Positions 59,305-64,000 of a DNA stretch of 64,000 nucleotides are shown here, piece after piece. Source of the stretch: a virus. The position numbers were made by a program, and so were the translations under genes. The notes below the pieces were generated by a model that worked only from the letters and a program-made list of their open reading frames with translations, was not told where the DNA came from and did not search any database. Every line of letters begins with the position of its first letter. Position 1 is the first letter of the stretch. The DNA lies in the IMG/VR virus record IMGVR_UViG_3300024299_000001, positions 67,275 to 131,274 of that record. One strand, 5' to 3'.

Positions 59305-59698
59305 AATGCTTGTGTTGCCCAGCCAAAGCATTTATTGCTTTGGCATTCTTTTCAATATGTTCTGCGTTGTTTGCTATTAGTACAGCATTACTAGTGGTAG
59401 AAACTCTATTAATTCCCATTGCACCAAACAGAATAACAAATAAACCAACGGCAATACCAATAATTTTAAATGAACTTTGTTTACTGGTTTTGTCGTCAAT
59501 CTTGGTATACACACCACCGATTCTTTTGTCACATTTGTCTTCACTTCTTTTCATAAAATCTTTTAAATCTTTTTGAGTTACTGTATGGGCTAAACATACC
59601 GCAGTCATTTTAGTAGATAGTTCAATGAGAATATCATGATCTGATGCTTTTGTCAGATGATCAGTATAACGTCTTTTAAGTAATTGAGGGGTACTCAT
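59270..59698 (-). CDS. Single-pass membrane protein (holin/spanin-like)
   Basis: TM segment FKIIGIAVGLFVILFGAMGI; converges on the M23 gene and overlaps it by 35 nt. Confidence 0.35.
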   Translation of the reverse strand: MSTPQLLKRRYTDHLTKASDHDILIELSTKMTAVCLAHTVTQKDLKDFMKRSEDKCDKRIGGVYTKIDDKTSKQSSFKIIGIAVGLFVILFGAMGINRVSTTSNAVLIANNAEHIEKNAKAINALAGQHKHSKDLSNLPDSD

Positions 59699-59721
59699 AA
59701 TCAGCTCCGGTGCGCGTTAAA

Positions 59722-59925
59722 TTATTCTACCCAACCTTCAAAACTATAAGCGATACCTGCACCAGTTGCAGTACCAATTGCTCTTACATCAATATCAGCT
59801 GCAGCAACAATAGGTACATGCCTGGAAGTGTTAAGTGTTGTTTTTACTGTAGTAGTAATCGTCCCCCAAACAAGTGAGGGTACCAGACCAAGTAATAAGA
59901 TAAAAATTAAAAGTGCACGTTTCAT
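59722..59925 (-). CDS. Small secreted/membrane protein
   Basis: N-terminal signal-like MKRALLIFILLLGLVPSLVWG. Confidence 0.35.
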   Translation of the reverse strand: MKRALLIFILLLGLVPSLVWGTITTTVKTTLNTSRHVPIVAAADIDVRAIGTATGAGIAYSFEGWVE

Positions 59926-59937
59926 ATTGTTTTCCTT

Positions 59938-60282
59938 TTATGCTGCTAAAACTGCATCATCTTTTACGATAAGAATAAACTGAGACCATAACATTCCATT
60001 AACATGATCATTCCCATCATAGACAATGAATTCAACTAATTCACCTTTTTTTCTTGAAGCAGCTAGACCAAGGGAATAAGGTTTAATTTCTACTTGACCA
60101 TTAGGGTTATCCTCAACAAAAGCAAGAGGATAGGTATCAGAATCATAATAAGTATTCTGATACTTAATTTCAAATTTAAGGAATTGGTTCATTTCAGACT
60201 CAGTTAATGTAACCCCATTTTTCACTAAAGTAATCAAAATAGGGTTACTACGATCTTCATATATTATTGCTTTAGCAACCAT
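59938..60282 (-). CDS. Hypothetical protein
   Basis: 114-aa ORF. Confidence 0.3.
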   Translation of the reverse strand: MVAKAIIYEDRSNPILITLVKNGVTLTESEMNQFLKFEIKYQNTYYDSDTYPLAFVEDNPNGQVEIKPYSLGLAASRKKGELVEFIVYDGNDHVNGMLWSQFILIVKDDAVLAA

Positions 60283-60292
60283 AATTTACTCC

Positions 60293-61117
60293 TTAATCAA
60301 GATCTACATCAAAGGCGCCGGCTACCAATTGAACTGTATCACCAGTAGTTGGGGTCTGATCAATTATGTTGGTATTATCAAATGCCAGCAGATCTCCACC
60401 AACACCTGACAAATCATCAACAATAAAGAGAGAGGTTACCAGGCCCCAGGTTCCGGAAGGAATATCAAACACTATTCCAGTATTATTGGTTGTTACCCCT
60501 GCAGCTGCAGCATCGATACTTGAAGCAGGTACAGGTTCCCGGGCATAATTATTACCAGAGCATTCAGTAACATCCCCAATACCATCTGAATCAGAAATAG
60601 TAGCAGTAGCCAAACCAAAATGAATAGTTGCATTAGGAGAAGCCCAGGCAACATTTCTAAACATTAGGTTAAGCATCAAGTGTACCGCAACATCAGTAAA
60701 GCCATTGGTAGAGGCACCAATTGATATCTCTATTTCAGCTGCAGGAATCTTTGGGGTGTTACCATTCACAACATTCCAAGAGCTGTTAAATGCACCAAAA
60801 GCAAGCATATTTCCAGCAGAAGCGGCATCACAGATAGCATAATGAGTAATAACACTACCAGAAGCTCCACCAGCTTGAGCAAATTCAATATCCAATGCCT
60901 GAACAATCTTTCTTAAAGCAGCTGCATTGAAAGAAGTTACGGTAAAAGATTTTCTTACATAATTAGTGTAATCAGTTTCCACAATAGTTGAACCGGTACT
61001 CGCAGCAGTTGGTGCTGCAGTGCACAATGCAAGATATAAAGTTGCAGCTGGAGTGTATGCTGCCTTAAAAATGTGGTCTACAAGCTCAGTTGTAGCAAAA
61101 TCGGATAAAGTTCCCAT
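60293..61117 (-). CDS. Hypothetical virion-associated protein
   Basis: 274 aa, Ala/Thr/Gly-rich, immediately downstream of the fibre gene. Confidence 0.3.
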   Translation of the reverse strand: MGTLSDFATTELVDHIFKAAYTPAATLYLALCTAAPTAASTGSTIVETDYTNYVRKSFTVTSFNAAALRKIVQALDIEFAQAGGASGSVITHYAICDAASAGNMLAFGAFNSSWNVVNGNTPKIPAAEIEISIGASTNGFTDVAVHLMLNLMFRNVAWASPNATIHFGLATATISDSDGIGDVTECSGNNYAREPVPASSIDAAAAGVTTNNTGIVFDIPSGTWGLVTSLFIVDDLSGVGGDLLAFDNTNIIDQTPTTGDTVQLVAGAFDVDLD

Positions 61118-61129
61118 AATCTCTCCTGT

Positions 61130-62956
61130 TTAATTAATATTTACAATCATATTATCTTGCGTAACACTTAAGGCTAAAGCATCAGTGGCATTTATTATAG
61201 TCAAAAGGTCTTGACTGGTTATAAAACTTAAAACATCTGTTGGCAATAAAATTAATATATGTGTAATAATTGCCAGGTCATCAGTAGTTAAACTTTGATT
61301 AGCTAAAGCAGCAACCAAGTTTAATAAGAATTCCATTGTGATGTCAGTTGTTAAAGAATCATTTTCTAAAGCCATAAGTAAATTTAAAACTAAAGCATCA
61401 TCAATTGTACTGGTACTACTGGTGTTTAAAATCTCTGTAATCAATGGACGGATAACATTAGCATCCATACCAGTGGTACTTGATGTATTAACTAAATTAG
61501 TAATCAATCGGTAGATAAAAATTTTATCAACATCAGTAACACTGGAAGCATTGGCAATATCAGCAATTAACTGTAAATATATTTTATGATCAATTGCAGT
61601 TGTAGCCGAAGCATTAGCCAGGCTTGTAACAAGAGATCTTATAAATCCATGGATTATTCCGGTAGTAGCAGATAAATTATTTATAACTGCTAACAGCAGT
61701 CTATTAACTATTGGATCAATGCCAGGAGTAATAGAAAGATTATTTATATTAGTTAATAAGTCCCTGGTAAATTGTAAATCAATAGCAGTAACAGTTGAGG
61801 TATTAGCTAAATTAACAATAATGTTAGCAAGTCTTTCCCAATCTATATCAGTAACTGCTGAAGTATTAGTTAAAGCACATAAAATATCTCTAGTAGTTAT
61901 TGGGTCAGTAGTAGTTACAGCTGAAGCATTAACCAGATCAACCAATAAATTAATGTTAGCAACAAGACCAGCATCGGTAGTAAAAGAGCTATTAGCAAGA
62001 TTAACAAGAAGGAAACGTTCCCTTGTTTCCATTATTAAATCATACCCATCTTCTAATAAGAGAAAACCAGAATCATCTTCAAGTATGATTCGATCATACT
62101 GAGCATCAAATAAATTATCAATATCAGCAGTTAAAGAAGCATTAAGTAATGCTGCAACAAAAACTCTAGGTACCGTCTTATCTATACCAGCTACAGCAGA
62201 AAGATTGGTTAGAGTAGCAGTTATTGTTTTTTCAACTGTCGGATCAATTCCAGATGTAACTGAAGTATTAGCCAAAGCTGAAACCAAATAAAAAACATAC
62301 AGATGATCAATATCTGAAGTAAGTGTATCATCTAATAAAACAGTTGTAATATTCCGAGTTATTGTTGGTACTACAATATCTGTGGTAGATGAAGCGTTAG
62401 CTAAATTTATTGTTTGGTTCAAAGTCTTTTTCAGATCTATGGCTGTAGTAGCTGAAGCATTAGCAAGACTGGTGGTAAGCAGTCTAACTGTAGTTGGATC
62501 TACTGTAGTTAGAGCAGAGGTATTCTGTAAATCAGCAACTACTGGTCTTGTGATAATTATATCAGTAGCAGTAATTACAGAAATATTATTTAAATCAACA
62601 ATATACTTTATAGTAATTTGTTGGTCTATTCCTGTTTCTAATATAAGCTTAAACCCATCTTCTAATAATAAATTATTATCATTTTCTAATGCTAAAGCAT
62701 CTCCTCCTGGTAGAGCTGAAGCATTTAATGCCATTACAGAGAGGTTCCGGGTTACCGTAGGGGATACGTCCAGTAAAGCAGAAACATTGCTTAAATCGAC
62801 TATTATGGCCCTTGTGTGGGTTATTTCAATAGCAGTAGTAACTGAAGTGTTTTCAATAGATGTAGTAAGGTCAATAAATGTCTTTTCTAATTCAAGACTA
62901 AAACCGTCTTCAAGGAGTAGATTGGAACCATCTTCTAATAATAATATATCTGCCAT
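61130..62956 (-). CDS. Repeat-rich tail fibre-like protein (~21-aa L-x-N-x-S-x-x-T-x-(I/V)-D solenoid repeats; three LLLEDG boxes)
   Basis: 608 aa; about 20 repeats read in the translation. Confidence 0.5.
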   Translation of the reverse strand: MADILLLEDGSNLLLEDGFSLELEKTFIDLTTSIENTSVTTAIEITHTRAIIVDLSNVSALLDVSPTVTRNLSVMALNASALPGGDALALENDNNLLLEDGFKLILETGIDQQITIKYIVDLNNISVITATDIIITRPVVADLQNTSALTTVDPTTVRLLTTSLANASATTAIDLKKTLNQTINLANASSTTDIVVPTITRNITTVLLDDTLTSDIDHLYVFYLVSALANTSVTSGIDPTVEKTITATLTNLSAVAGIDKTVPRVFVAALLNASLTADIDNLFDAQYDRIILEDDSGFLLLEDGYDLIMETRERFLLVNLANSSFTTDAGLVANINLLVDLVNASAVTTTDPITTRDILCALTNTSAVTDIDWERLANIIVNLANTSTVTAIDLQFTRDLLTNINNLSITPGIDPIVNRLLLAVINNLSATTGIIHGFIRSLVTSLANASATTAIDHKIYLQLIADIANASSVTDVDKIFIYRLITNLVNTSSTTGMDANVIRPLITEILNTSSTSTIDDALVLNLLMALENDSLTTDITMEFLLNLVAALANQSLTTDDLAIITHILILLPTDVLSFITSQDLLTIINATDALALSVTQDNMIVNIN

Positions 62957-62970
62957 TTGTCAGCTCCGTA

Positions 62971-63549
62971 TTACATTAATTCTTTTGGTTCACCGGTTAA
63001 TTGTTTTGTTTCATCAAATATTGGAAGTAGGCAACCATTTATTGGAGTCATCTCACTTGCATTAATTGGTCCAATAACACCTGCTCGTTCCATACCCTCA
63101 GCGTAAAGCTCTGAACAGAAAAGCTTATCAAAGTCTTCTTTCTGATCAGGCAGGAAATCAATGGCACTACCCAGTGCTTGAACCAAATCATAAGGCTTAC
63201 CCTCTTGGGCCCTCATCCAGGTAAAGAATTTATCCTCATCAAATAGAGCTCTGGCTGACTTGGATAATGGTAGCCACCACATCCCACCTTTATAGGCTTT
63301 AACCCGGGTACTCATCTGATTAATCTGTACACCAGCAAAACCATCACCAATACTGGTAGACTCAATAATAAGATTAATTCGTTTAATAGTTGTATTGGAT
63401 ATCTTGACTTGAAGGATAGTACCAATGTGAGAGACATTAGATTTAGTATAACCTTTAATTATTGAAGAAGCTAAACCTGTCCCATTAAACGCAATTGCAT
63501 CTCCGGGAAGCATTAAGTCTCTGGCCATACCATAAGGCATCTGTTTCAT
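62971..63549 (-). CDS. Permuted papain-like (YiiX/NlpC-P60-like) hydrolase, possible cell-wall amidase/peptidase
   Basis: LPGDAIAF...SNVSHIGTIL and ..LFCSELYAEG. Confidence 0.45.
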   Translation of the reverse strand: MKQMPYGMARDLMLPGDAIAFNGTGLASSIIKGYTKSNVSHIGTILQVKISNTTIKRINLIIESTSIGDGFAGVQINQMSTRVKAYKGGMWWLPLSKSARALFDEDKFFTWMRAQEGKPYDLVQALGSAIDFLPDQKEDFDKLFCSELYAEGMERAGVIGPINASEMTPINGCLLPIFDETKQLTGEPKELM

Positions 63550-63698
63550 TTCTTAGCCTCCACTTTATCAAATAAACTAATTAATAAATCTAAGTCACCT
63601 GAGTATGCTGCAGCAATAATAAGAGCAAGAGCAATAGTAGTAATGCAGCCCATTGCAAACATTTTAGTTTTTGGTTTCATTTCTTTTAACCATTGCAT
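63546..63698 (-). CDS. Small membrane protein (50 aa, below track cutoff)
   Basis: AAGGAG SD; MQWLKEMKPKTKMFAMGCITTIALALIIAAAYSG..; the stop overlaps the next start. Confidence 0.35.
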   Translation of the reverse strand: MQWLKEMKPKTKMFAMGCITTIALALIIAAAYSGDLDLLISLFDKVEAKK

Positions 63699-63711
63699 AA
63701 TATCTCCTTAT

Positions 63712-64000
63712 TTACACCGTCATCCTTAAAATTCTTATTTCATCATATTTGGAATAAGGTGGTTTTTCACCATATTTCCAAACAAAAGTTTCCACTTGTG
63801 GATCGTACATCCATAGATCCATATTATCATCAAGGATATGTGTGATTGCGTGTTTAATTATATCTTGACCTTGATACCTTAATATTACATCAGACCTTTT
63901 GCCAAAGACCAGATTGCCGTAGTTCCACCTTGACAACCATCCAGTTGTTTCATTAACAAAGTCATCGCAGTCGTGGGATTCTTCAATATATAATCGTCTG
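63712..64000 (-). CDS. Hypothetical protein, 5'-truncated by the window end
   Basis: The frame stays open upstream of the track's TTG start through position 64000 (..RRLYIEESHDCDDFVNETTGWLSRWNYG..). Confidence 0.35.
   Translation of the reverse strand, partial: RRLYIEESHDCDDFVNETTGWLSRWNYGNLVFGKRSDVILRYQGQDIIKHAITHILDDNMDLWMYDPQVETFVWKYGEKPPYSKYDEIRILRMTV

Overview
The window is AT-rich, gene-dense phage DNA organised like an N4-like podovirus (Schitoviridae type), and it covers most of a genome. No searches were run; all calls rest on motifs read by eye and on synteny with N4.

Layout:
- 1-22942, minus strand: late/structural operon. It runs from the 5' part of a giant ORF in the N4 gp50 virion-RNAP position, through structural genes, major capsid, scaffold-like gene, portal, fibre and TerL, to small genes.
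- 22943-23770: divergent non-coding region, probably the genome-terminus region. It holds GC-rich islands, a Pu-Py tract and four ~46-bp repeats.
- 23.8-29.4 kb, plus strand: early genes, preceded by a family of small CCTCCGG hairpin elements that resemble N4 vRNAP promoters.
- 29.5-59.3 kb, plus strand: middle/replication module. In order: two-subunit T7-like RNAP II, AAA+ ATPase, VWA protein, Dda/RecD-like helicase, family A DNA polymerase, RuvC, PD-(D/E)XK nuclease, primase, AAA_24 ATPase, SSB, WGR-ligase, M23 peptidase.
- 59270-64000, minus strand: a second block with membrane proteins, a repeat-rich fibre and a papain-like hydrolase. Its last ORF runs off the window.

Main points of interest:
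- Three related group I introns carry I-HmuI-like HNH homing endonucleases and interrupt three P-loop genes. Two of them have textbook 6-bp P1 helices with U.G at the splice site.
- A fourth homing endonuclease (HNH/AP2 type, no intron) splits the DNA polymerase into two separately translated pieces.
- A strictly phased 10 x 36-bp bipartite-box array sits between an HhH/Zn-ribbon protein and a basic protein.
- A ~410-nt ORF-free structured segment lies directly downstream of one of the hairpin promoters.
- Two RepL-like wHTH paralogs each sit next to a related GC-rich element.

I recognised no tRNA, rRNA, CRISPR array, integrase or reverse transcriptase.
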